IMG/VR virus record: IMGVR_UViG_3300021962_000040
Span: 32,001 to 96,000 of that record
Origin: a virus
DNA length: 64,000 nucleotides
Reading direction: 5' to 3' (one strand)
The notes beneath the pieces were generated by a model, which did not search any database, was not told the DNA's origin, and saw nothing but the letters and a program-made list of their open reading frames with translations. The translations under genes were made by a program, and so were the position numbers. The number at the start of each line of letters is the position of its first letter. The first letter of the stretch is position 1. This document shows positions 1 to 7,910 of the stretch, one piece after another.

Positions 1-1
1 T

Positions 2-814
2 AACTTAGAAGAAAGAGCTAATCAAGTAAGAAGAGAAACTCCTAAACAATTTTTTGATGCATTACCTCAAGAACTTCAGATTGCAGCACGTTATGTAGCT
101 AACGGAGGAACTGATCTAAAAAGCCTTTTTGCAACTTTAGCACAAGCTGAAGAAACAAGAGACTTGGATATCAAAAGTGAGAGAGATCAGGAATTAATTA
201 TCCGTGATTATTTAAAAGCTACAGGCTACGGATCAACTGAAGAAATTGAAGAGGAAATTGAAATTTGGAAAGATCTTGGTAAACTAGAGGCACAAGCATC
301 TAAGTTCAAACCAAAATTGGATAAGATGCAAGAACAAGTTGTTGCAAGAAAACTTGAAGAACAAGAAATGAGAAGAAAGCAACAAGAGCAAGCATCTCAA
401 CAATATATGCAGAATGTGTATGAAACACTTAAAGATGGTACTGTAGGTGATGTTAAGATTGATAGAAAGACTCAGAATATGTTATATAACGGTCTTGTTC
501 AACCTAACTATCCTTCTGTAAGTGGAAGAAATACAAACTTACTTGGTCACTTGTTAGAGAAGTATCAGTTTGTAGAACCTAATTACACATTGATTTCTGA
601 AGCTCTGTGGCTGCTTTCTGATCCTGATGGATACAAAGCACGTATCATGGAAAAAGGTTCTCAGAAAGCTGTAGAATCTACAGTAAGAAAACTAAAAACT
701 GAACAAGCTAACAGTGGTGGAAGTTCTCTTGGTGTAGATAAGGTTGAAGAATCTGAAAGACCAATTAGTAAAAGAAAAATACAAAGACCTAATAATATTT
801 TTAAACGCTTTTAA
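2..814 (+). CDS. 5'-truncated acidic coiled-coil protein, putative capsid scaffolding protein (crAss gene-77-like position)
   Basis: Frame is open from base 2 (aac tta gaa gaa aga...), so the TTG at 164 in the ORF track is internal. Glu/Gln-rich and helical, with a basic C-terminus; lies directly upstream of the major capsid gene. Confidence 0.6.
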   Translation, partial: NLEERANQVRRETPKQFFDALPQELQIAARYVANGGTDLKSLFATLAQAEETRDLDIKSERDQELIIRDYLKATGYGSTEEIEEEIEIWKDLGKLEAQASKFKPKLDKMQEQVVARKLEEQEMRRKQQEQASQQYMQNVYETLKDGTVGDVKIDRKTQNMLYNGLVQPNYPSVSGRNTNLLGHLLEKYQFVEPNYTLISEALWLLSDPDGYKARIMEKGSQKAVESTVRKLKTEQANSGGSSLGVDKVEESERPISKRKIQRPNNIFKRF

Positions 815-854
815 CAACAACAATTAATAATTAACAACAAAAACACAATCAATT

Positions 855-2474
855 ATGGCAACTCCTGTTTTAAACAATGGAATTTTCCTGAGAGACACTA
901 GCTACAAAGCCAGTTCTCACGTAGATTCTTACCACTTAACTCAAATGTTAGGTAGTGCTGAACCCATGGATATGGGTCCAGTGGACTTATGGGCTATGAC
1001 TCAAAAAGTTGAAATGCCCCTTTATCAAATGGCTTCTTTTGGTGGTAAAAATACCATCATGGTTGACAATGCACGTGGAGAGTACAAGTGGCAAACGCCA
1101 ATTGCTCAAGACCTTCCTTTTGTAGTTGTGGATCTTGATCCTCAAAATGCAAGCAAAGGTATTGACGGTACTACTTTCACTATCAAATTGTCTAAGAGAT
1201 CATTTGGTCATGGTGATATCATCACTTATGACAAGTACAACGGTTTAGAATTGTACATTACAGCTTCTGATATCATCCCTGCTGGTGATGGTTTCATCTA
1301 CACTGTACAATTGGTGAACAACAACAACGCTGCAAGTCTTGATAACAAGTATCTTGCTCCTGGAACTAAGTTCTTCCGTAAAGGTTCTGCCCGTGGTGAG
1401 TACGGTGAAAGATTCTCTGACATTGAAACTGGTTCTGGTTTCCGTGAGTTCTACAACTACGTAGGTGGTGCTGAAGCTCACGTTCACTATTCTATTTCTA
1501 GCCGTGCTGACTTAATGATCAAAGGTGGTCTTAATGCTGACGGTACTGTACCTGTAACTGAAATCTGGAGAAACTTTAACCAGGATCAAACTAATCCTTC
1601 TGTTTCTTCTATTGAAGAGCTTGTAGCTTCTATGGGTAAAGCTGGTGCACGTGATGCTTTTGAAAGCGGTAAATTGTCACGCACATTTGTTACCAATATG
1701 GAAGCAGCTCACTTAACCAAAATTGCTAATGACATTGAGACTTACTTGATGTGGGGTAAAGGTGGTAGAATTAAGCAAGATGGTCCGGATGATATCAGAT
1801 TGTCTGTAGGTTTGTGGTCTCAATTGGATAACTCATTCAAGAGAGTATACAACAAATCTTCTTTCTCTCTTGATATGTTCAAGTCTGAGCTTTACAACTT
1901 CTACCAAGGTAAAGTTGAGTTCAAAGGTCCAGATCCACAACGTAAGCTTGTTGTACAAACTGGTATCGGTGGTATGCAGTTGATCAACAAAGCTATTGCT
2001 GATGAAGTATACGGATCTGGTTTAGTTCAAAATGCTTCTGAAATTGGTGCTGTTACCGGTAAAGGTATGGATCTTGATTTTGGATTTGCATACACTAGCT
2101 TCACTATTCCTTTCTTGGCTAACGTGAAGTTTGTATTGAACCCTGCATTTGATAACTTGCACACCAATGATATTGAGAATCCTTTGATTGATGGCCGTCC
2201 ATTAAGTTCTTACAGCTTTATTATCTTTGACGTTACTGATAACGGAAATGATAACATCTACTTGTTGAAACTTAACTGGGATAACCAATTGAAGTGGTTC
2301 TACCAAAACGGTACTATGGACTACATGGGACGTACTCAAGGGTTTGCATCTTCTGGTAACTTCAATGGATACCGTGTATACATGAGCCAGACTATGCCTG
2401 CCATCTGGGTAAAAGACCCAACTAAGGTTCTTAAGATTGTTATGAGAAACCCAGTTACTGGCGGATCATTCTAA
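855..2474 (+). CDS. Major capsid protein, crAss-like
   Basis: 539 aa with biased codon use (AAC, TTC, CGT, GGT) typical of a highly expressed gene. Followed by a strong terminator. Size and position match Crassvirales MCPs. Confidence 0.85.
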   Translation: MATPVLNNGIFLRDTSYKASSHVDSYHLTQMLGSAEPMDMGPVDLWAMTQKVEMPLYQMASFGGKNTIMVDNARGEYKWQTPIAQDLPFVVVDLDPQNASKGIDGTTFTIKLSKRSFGHGDIITYDKYNGLELYITASDIIPAGDGFIYTVQLVNNNNAASLDNKYLAPGTKFFRKGSARGEYGERFSDIETGSGFREFYNYVGGAEAHVHYSISSRADLMIKGGLNADGTVPVTEIWRNFNQDQTNPSVSSIEELVASMGKAGARDAFESGKLSRTFVTNMEAAHLTKIANDIETYLMWGKGGRIKQDGPDDIRLSVGLWSQLDNSFKRVYNKSSFSLDMFKSELYNFYQGKVEFKGPDPQRKLVVQTGIGGMQLINKAIADEVYGSGLVQNASEIGAVTGKGMDLDFGFAYTSFTIPFLANVKFVLNPAFDNLHTNDIENPLIDGRPLSSYSFIIFDVTDNGNDNIYLLKLNWDNQLKWFYQNGTMDYMGRTQGFASSGNFNGYRVYMSQTMPAIWVKDPTKVLKIVMRNPVTGGSF

Positions 2475-2490
2475 TCTAATTGATGAATTC

Positions 2491-2528
2491 AAAAAAGGGG
2501 GGATGGGTCAAACCTCCTCCCTTTTTTT
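2491..2528 (+). terminator. Intrinsic terminator after the major capsid gene
   Basis: AAAAAAGGGGGGATGGG-TCAAA-CCTCCTCCC-TTTTTTT: G/C-rich stem followed by a U-tract. Confidence 0.8.
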
Positions 2529-2555
2529 ATCTTAAATTAAACAAAAGAAAAAATT

Positions 2556-2810
2556 ATGTCAATTTATAAAAAAGCTCCGTTTGATCATGTTAGTGAGTTC
2601 TCTAACAAAACAACCAAAGAGTTATTTGCTACTCCAGAGTTTGATGCTTCAGTAGAAGCTTTGTTTGGAAATGCTGCATGCATTGCAGCTATAGAACAAG
2701 TTTTGGTAAGCAGAGCTTATGCAAATAATGCTGCCGCAATTACTGGTGGATTGGTTGCAGGTCAATTATACAACAACACAACTACTAAAGCAATTACTGT
2801 GGTAGTTTAA
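2556..2810 (+). CDS. Small virion protein, possible head fibre/decoration
   Basis: 84 aa; C-terminal YANNAAAITGGLVAGQLY resembles a motif at the ends of phage fibre/decoration proteins; adjacent to the MCP gene. Confidence 0.5.
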   Translation: MSIYKKAPFDHVSEFSNKTTKELFATPEFDASVEALFGNAACIAAIEQVLVSRAYANNAAAITGGLVAGQLYNNTTTKAITVVV

Positions 2811-2826
2811 AAACTCAAAAAACTTT

Positions 2827-2874
2827 TGCCGGGAAACCGGCATTAGATTATAAAAAATGTACATAATTATGTAC
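2827..2874. promoter_or_regulatory. GAAA-tetraloop hairpin plus perfect 16-bp palindrome
   Basis: TGCCGG-GAAA-CCGGCA at 2827-2842 and GTACATAATTATGTAC at 2859-2874, both intergenic. Confidence 0.45.
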
Positions 2875-2905
2875 TTTTGAGTTATAATTTAAAAACCAAA
2901 TAATT

Positions 2906-3922
2906 ATGAATGATTACACAATTGTAGAAAAGTATCAGCAAAACAAGAGCAGGACTATTGCTGTACGTCCATTCTTTGATCCCAACAAACAAAACATGGG
3001 ATTGGAAAACTATGGTATGTCCCTTTATGATGGGGTGTGGCATGAAGAATCTTTAGCATGTCTTGAACTCAATGGAGTCAAAAGATATGTAACTGGTTTG
3101 AATGAATTTGCACCAGAAGTAAAAAAACTTGCTCCTGGAGAAAGAGAGATTAAGATTAAAGAAATTAGAAGAGTTGTTTCACAACTTGAGGCTGAACTTG
3201 CAGCAAATGTTATTGACGTTGAAGATAAAGATTTCTGGAACAAAGTAACTTTATTAAAACCTGACAATGACAAATTCTGGTCAAGAATTAGTTTAAGATG
3301 TGGTAATGACCCTGTTTACTTAGATCCAGACACTGATCCTTATGATCTTATTAAACTTTACGCAATTAATGCTGGTGGTTTTAGCATTGTTGCTAAATCT
3401 TTGAAAGATGCTAAGAAATCTATCAACTCTCCTAAGTTCTACTTAGATCAGTTGCAAGAGACTGTAAATACTAGAACTGAGTTTACTAAACTTAGAAACA
3501 AAGCTATTTCTGAATTGGAAAAACTATTCACTAAAAACACAAATAAGCTTATGTATGTAGCTAAAGTTGTTGATGGTGATAGCACACAATATACTAAGTC
3601 CACTCCAAATGATATCTTGTATGAAAACATGGATATCTTTATTAACGGTGAGGGTACTGAATCTAACAAAACAAGAGCTGCAGAATCATTCATTGAAGCT
3701 GCCAATGCAACCATGGAAGATTTGAAAATCAGAGCATTGGTTAAAGATTGTATGTTCTACAGATTCATTATACCAAAATCAAATGGTTGGATTGAAACAT
3801 TAGATGGTCATGCTAGATTGGGTAAGAGACCTTCAGAAGTTGTTGAATTTTTGAAAGATCCTATCAATGAAGAAGTATTGACATCCCTATTAAGTAAAGT
3901 AGAACCATATTGGACAATTTAA
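2906..3922 (+). CDS. Conserved crAss-like capsid-module protein (gene-75-like position)
   Basis: 338-aa ORF with typical codon use; assignment by synteny only. Confidence 0.55.
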   Translation: MNDYTIVEKYQQNKSRTIAVRPFFDPNKQNMGLENYGMSLYDGVWHEESLACLELNGVKRYVTGLNEFAPEVKKLAPGEREIKIKEIRRVVSQLEAELAANVIDVEDKDFWNKVTLLKPDNDKFWSRISLRCGNDPVYLDPDTDPYDLIKLYAINAGGFSIVAKSLKDAKKSINSPKFYLDQLQETVNTRTEFTKLRNKAISELEKLFTKNTNKLMYVAKVVDGDSTQYTKSTPNDILYENMDIFINGEGTESNKTRAAESFIEAANATMEDLKIRALVKDCMFYRFIIPKSNGWIETLDGHARLGKRPSEVVEFLKDPINEEVLTSLLSKVEPYWTI

Positions 3923-3928
3923 TAAGTC

Positions 3929-4633
3929 ATGAATAATCAAATCCTTCGGTTAAAGTTAAAGCAAAGATTGAACAAGCTTTCTAGTAATGATTATGATAAT
4001 CTAGAAAACTGGCAAATCATTGAAGCATTCAATAAAGCTCAGGTAGAATGGGTTAGAAGAATGCTGCATGGCAATAATCTTTATAAAGAAGGAGATGAGC
4101 TTTCTAAGAGAAGGATTGATGACTTACAAATACTGTTAACAGAACTACCGTTAGTTGGTACTTCTAATGATCAGTATTTCCAAACAACAAATTTTCCACC
4201 GGCTAATTACTTAGAATACAAAAGAGTTAGTACAAATGCTGTTACAGAATGTTGTCCTGATCCCCGTTCAATGACAGTTTATTTAGGTGAGGTTGCTAAT
4301 GTAGACTTATACCTTAGAGATCCACTTAAGAGACCTGATTTTGAATGGGGTGAAACATTCCTTACAATGATTAATAATACAATCAGAATTTATTTAAGGG
4401 AATTTACTCTTGCTAATCCAGTGCTTACTTATTACAGACAACCCAGAGGAATTGAATTTACGGGTGTTTTAAATCCATATACTGGAATTATTTCTACAGC
4501 AGATGTTACCTCAGAATTTAAAGATGACATTGTAGAATTAATGCTAGATGATGCTGCCGCACTAATTGCTGGAGATATTGAAAACTTTAATCAAATGCAG
4601 AGAGAACAACAAGCTGCAGAAAGAAATAACTAA
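3929..4633 (+). CDS. Putative tail ring/head-tail connector protein (gene-74-like)
   Basis: 234 aa; N-terminal helical segment (LNKLSSNDYDNL...FNKAQ) and C-terminal LTYYRQP pattern resemble crAss ring proteins; synteny. Confidence 0.55.
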   Translation: MNNQILRLKLKQRLNKLSSNDYDNLENWQIIEAFNKAQVEWVRRMLHGNNLYKEGDELSKRRIDDLQILLTELPLVGTSNDQYFQTTNFPPANYLEYKRVSTNAVTECCPDPRSMTVYLGEVANVDLYLRDPLKRPDFEWGETFLTMINNTIRIYLREFTLANPVLTYYRQPRGIEFTGVLNPYTGIISTADVTSEFKDDIVELMLDDAAALIAGDIENFNQMQREQQAAERNN

Positions 4634-4635
4634 TT

Positions 4636-5127
4636 ATGGACTACACTAAAAGACCTTTAAAAAGAAAATCAGAGTCTGCTTCAGAAGAAGCAATGGAAAA
4701 ACCAATGTTGAAAAGAACAGCATCTGGCAGATCTCCTGAAATGCAGAAAGTAGATACTATGACTGGTAACTTAGTAGAGGAACTTATGAATGCTTCAACT
4801 AGTTTTCATAAGCTTCATTTGAAGGTTACTGGACCTGGATCTTTTGCTGCTCATAAAGCATTGAATGAATTATATGATGCTTTACCGGGATTAGCAGATT
4901 CTATAGCTGAAGGATATCAAGGTGCATGTGAAATGATTTTAAAATGCAGCGGAGAAGGACCAATGTATTTAGAATCTGTTGAAGATGCTGTTGAATACTT
5001 ACGTCAAATGAAAACACAAGTTGATGAATTGCAAGCTGTAATGCATCATACTGAGATTGTAAATTTGTTAGATACAGTCAAAGATGCAATTAACAGTGCA
5101 AAATACAAATTAATTTTCTTGGCATAA
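4636..5127 (+). CDS. Dps/ferritin-like four-helix-bundle protein
   Basis: FHKLHLKVTGPGSFAAHKALNELY...ADSIAE matches the Dps pattern HWxVxGxxFxxxHxxxEExY...DxxAE; basic N-terminal extension. Confidence 0.75.
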   Translation: MDYTKRPLKRKSESASEEAMEKPMLKRTASGRSPEMQKVDTMTGNLVEELMNASTSFHKLHLKVTGPGSFAAHKALNELYDALPGLADSIAEGYQGACEMILKCSGEGPMYLESVEDAVEYLRQMKTQVDELQAVMHHTEIVNLLDTVKDAINSAKYKLIFLA

Positions 5128-5140
5128 GTTGTAAATTGTA

Positions 5141-5178
5141 AAACTTTTTGTATATTATATATGTGCACGGTGCACATA
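5141..5178 (+). promoter_or_regulatory. Putative phage late promoter motif with adjacent inverted repeat
   Basis: AAACTTTTTGTATATTATA (identical to 17211-17229), immediately followed by TATGTGCAC-G-GTGCACATA (5160-5178). Confidence 0.55.
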
Positions 5179-5210
5179 ATATTTATTTGTAAACTTAAAA
5201 CTGAAAAAAA

Positions 5211-6449
5211 ATGGCTTATTTTAATCATGCGTTTGGCAAAGCATTTGTTGTAGATGGTTTTGCTGCTGCAGGAGTCAAGACTTCTGCTTTCACACCTGGT
5301 TTGTTTGAAGTTGTAAACAGCTCATGGGCTTCTGTAGAAGCTTCTGCAGGTAACAACATCACAGCAGGTCAATTATTTTACCTTGTACAAGGTAGCTTTC
5401 AAACTGAAGACAACATTGGTAACAACCCAGGTCACGGGGGTTACAAAGAGTCTGTAAAATCTAAAGGCATTAATGCTAGATTTATCAGCAGATTATGGTC
5501 TTCTGAGTGTCAATCTTCTACAGCTGCAACTGTAAAAATTTGTGTAGGTTCTACTTGTGCTCCTTGTGGATCTAACCTTTTCTTACGTTTAGATGTTAAA
5601 GGTTCTCCTGCTTTACGTTTCTTGAACCACAATGCTTATGCAATTGGTGATAGTTCAGGAAGTGCTTATCAAAACAATGTACCTGGTAACTGCTGTGCAT
5701 TGGATCAAACTTACCTTGACCCTGCTGTTGCTTTAGCTAAAGCTGCTGCTATGTTGTTGGAAGATCCAATCATCAAGCCTTTTGCTAAGGAAAAAACTGG
5801 CGGTGGAATGCAAGTAACTGTAGGTGCTACTACAACTACTTACACTATTGCTCAAGTATTAGGTTTAGCTCCTTCTGGAAACTATACTCCTTCTGTTGAT
5901 CCTGTTGCTGATCAAGTATCTGCTTGTGTATCTTTCCAAGGTGCTTATGTAGACACTAAATTTGGTAGCTGCTCATTTGATACACGTGATCATTATGAGA
6001 AAGAGCCAGTACAATTGATCGGTTCAGTATTGAATGAGACTGGTGATCCTTGTAATGACTGTGGTGTTGTAACTACTACTCCTGGTACCATGCAACAAAC
6101 TTCTGGTGAAACTGTATTGAGAGATGTATTGTTAACTGAGGCTTACAGACAATCTCCTTACAACCAAGGAAATCCTGATTCTGCACGTATCCGTCAAATT
6201 GAAGGATCTGACAAAATCTTGTCTGCTATTGACCGTGAGGCTTTGTACAAAACGTACTACATCCAACATAGCATTCCAAGATTGAACAATCCTTCTGGAA
6301 CGTTTGATAATGATCAATATGTTTATACCATCTATGTTAAGTGTACTGCTACTGCATTGATCACTAAAATGGATACGTTGATGGCTAAAATTGTTCAAGT
6401 GGCTGGTGCTTCTGGTAATCCAATCACTTTTGAATCAAATATTGACTAA
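5211..6449 (+). CDS. Abundant structural protein, probable auxiliary capsid protein (gene-73-like position)
   Basis: 412 aa, highly biased codons, own promoter motif and own terminator; synteny. Confidence 0.55.
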   Translation: MAYFNHAFGKAFVVDGFAAAGVKTSAFTPGLFEVVNSSWASVEASAGNNITAGQLFYLVQGSFQTEDNIGNNPGHGGYKESVKSKGINARFISRLWSSECQSSTAATVKICVGSTCAPCGSNLFLRLDVKGSPALRFLNHNAYAIGDSSGSAYQNNVPGNCCALDQTYLDPAVALAKAAAMLLEDPIIKPFAKEKTGGGMQVTVGATTTTYTIAQVLGLAPSGNYTPSVDPVADQVSACVSFQGAYVDTKFGSCSFDTRDHYEKEPVQLIGSVLNETGDPCNDCGVVTTTPGTMQQTSGETVLRDVLLTEAYRQSPYNQGNPDSARIRQIEGSDKILSAIDREALYKTYYIQHSIPRLNNPSGTFDNDQYVYTIYVKCTATALITKMDTLMAKIVQVAGASGNPITFESNID

Positions 6450-6466
6450 TCACTATAGATCAATAT

Positions 6467-6505
6467 AAAAGAAGGTGGGGTAGAAATATCCCACCTTTCT
6501 TTTTT
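6467..6505 (+). terminator. Intrinsic terminator
   Basis: AAAAGAAGGTGGGG-TAGAAATA-TCCCACCTTTCTTTTTT. Confidence 0.8.
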
Positions 6506-6516
6506 ATCTATATTTT

Positions 6517-6534
6517 TTTTAGTATATTATGTAT
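6517..6534 (+). promoter_or_regulatory. Variant of the late promoter motif
   Basis: TTTTAGTATATTATGTAT, just after the terminator and before ORF 6564. Confidence 0.45.
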
Positions 6535-6563
6535 ATAGAATGCATTAAGTAAACTCAATCCTT

Positions 6564-7118
6564 ATGGCCAGTAAGCATATTTTAAGTCTAGAAGTTCCAA
6601 CTGTATCAAATTGTGAGATTTTATCCATACGGGATACCAGTGAATATTCTGAATTAATTCCTATTGATTGTCCGGAATTGCTCATTACTGTTCCAGGATT
6701 CAATTCATCTGTTATTGTTAAAACAACTCCAGAATTTTTTGTAAATTTAAATGGATGTGATTTGGCATTACAGAAAACAGATTGTAATGAGAGTAGAATT
6801 GGTCTTCCTGATGGTGTATATGTCATCAAGTATAGCGTTGCACCAAATGATAAAGTTTATGTAGAGTACAATCATTTAAGAATTACTAATATCTTAAATG
6901 CTTATTATAAAGTATTGTGTTGCATTGACTTAGAAAATTGTGAACCTTTTAGTGAAAAAAAGGAACTTATTGAAGAAATGCAATACATTAGAACTTTAAT
7001 TGATGGAGCAGTTGCTAAAGTAGAATACTGTAGTAGCCCATCATTAGGTATGGATATGTATAACTATGCATTGAAAAGACTTGACAAAATTCTGTGCAAA
7101 AGTTGCGGATGTAATTAA
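6564..7118 (+). CDS. Putative tail fibre hub/docking protein
   Basis: 184 aa with LPDGVYVIKY motif and Cys-rich C-terminus (CKSCGCN); first gene of the fibre cluster. Confidence 0.45.
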   Translation: MASKHILSLEVPTVSNCEILSIRDTSEYSELIPIDCPELLITVPGFNSSVIVKTTPEFFVNLNGCDLALQKTDCNESRIGLPDGVYVIKYSVAPNDKVYVEYNHLRITNILNAYYKVLCCIDLENCEPFSEKKELIEEMQYIRTLIDGAVAKVEYCSSPSLGMDMYNYALKRLDKILCKSCGCN

Positions 7119-7141
7119 TAATTTTTAAAACCAATAAATAT

Positions 7142-7306
7142 ATGAATTGCAAACAATGTAACAAAGGATTTAGCTGCGGGTGTCAAAAAACAACAGCCCC
7201 AGATGGATCAGTAGTCCACAAAACTTGTTTAACGGATTACATTAACAGTAAAAAATTAAATAACACAAGTACACCAACAGTACAACCTACTATAAATACA
7301 AACTAA
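7142..7306 (+). CDS. 54-aa Cys/His-rich mini-protein (absent from the ORF track)
   Basis: MNCKQCNKGFSCGCQKTTAPDGSVVHKTCLTDYINSKKLNNTSTPTVQPTINTN*; fills the 7118-7314 gap, with an A-rich leader containing AAAACCAA. Confidence 0.65.
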   Translation: MNCKQCNKGFSCGCQKTTAPDGSVVHKTCLTDYINSKKLNNTSTPTVQPTINTN

Positions 7307-7313
7307 GTACATA

Positions 7314-7880
7314 ATGATGTTTGAACTTGTTAAAAAGATAGAAGTAGAGCAAAAGTTTGCTGAAGCTGTTTATAGAGATTTCCGTTCTAAAAGATATGGA
7401 ATAGCTTCATGTTGTTATATAGATCTTGAAAAACTTAAGATTAAAAAACAACTATGTGATTGGCAAGATCACTCTGCTTGTGAAACAAGTTGTTCAGCAG
7501 GTTGTACAGCAGCTCCTGTAGTAAGTGTAGGTTTAATGGGTACTACTGTTTATACACCACCAACCGCATCATGTGATACAGGTCATGGTTCATGTCCTCA
7601 AGTTACTGTATGTCCTGACAACAGTGTATTAGAAAACATTCTTAAACAGTTACAATTAATTCAAAGTGAGATTATAAATCAAAAGCCTGATTCATTTGTA
7701 TATCACCAATCAACTCCAGCTACTGTTTGGCATATTGTTCACAATCTTGAAAAATATCCAAACTTAAATGTTGAAGATCTTGCGGGTGATGATATAGTAG
7801 GTCAAGTGAGTTATATTAATTTAAATGAATTAGAAATAACTTTTATAATCCCTGTAGAAGGAACAGCATATTTATCTTAA
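7314..7880 (+). CDS. Cys-rich tail hub/fibre adaptor protein
   Basis: 188 aa; Cys-rich N-half and C-terminal 'WHIVHNLEKYP' small beta domain of a type seen in phage fibres. Confidence 0.5.
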   Translation: MMFELVKKIEVEQKFAEAVYRDFRSKRYGIASCCYIDLEKLKIKKQLCDWQDHSACETSCSAGCTAAPVVSVGLMGTTVYTPPTASCDTGHGSCPQVTVCPDNSVLENILKQLQLIQSEIINQKPDSFVYHQSTPATVWHIVHNLEKYPNLNVEDLAGDDIVGQVSYINLNELEITFIIPVEGTAYLS

Positions 7881-7910
7881 AACAAAAAATAACAATTAAA
7901 ACAATCAATT

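Noticed and set aside
164-166. TTG start for the first ORF
   Set aside because: The frame is open back to base 2; the gene begins before the window.
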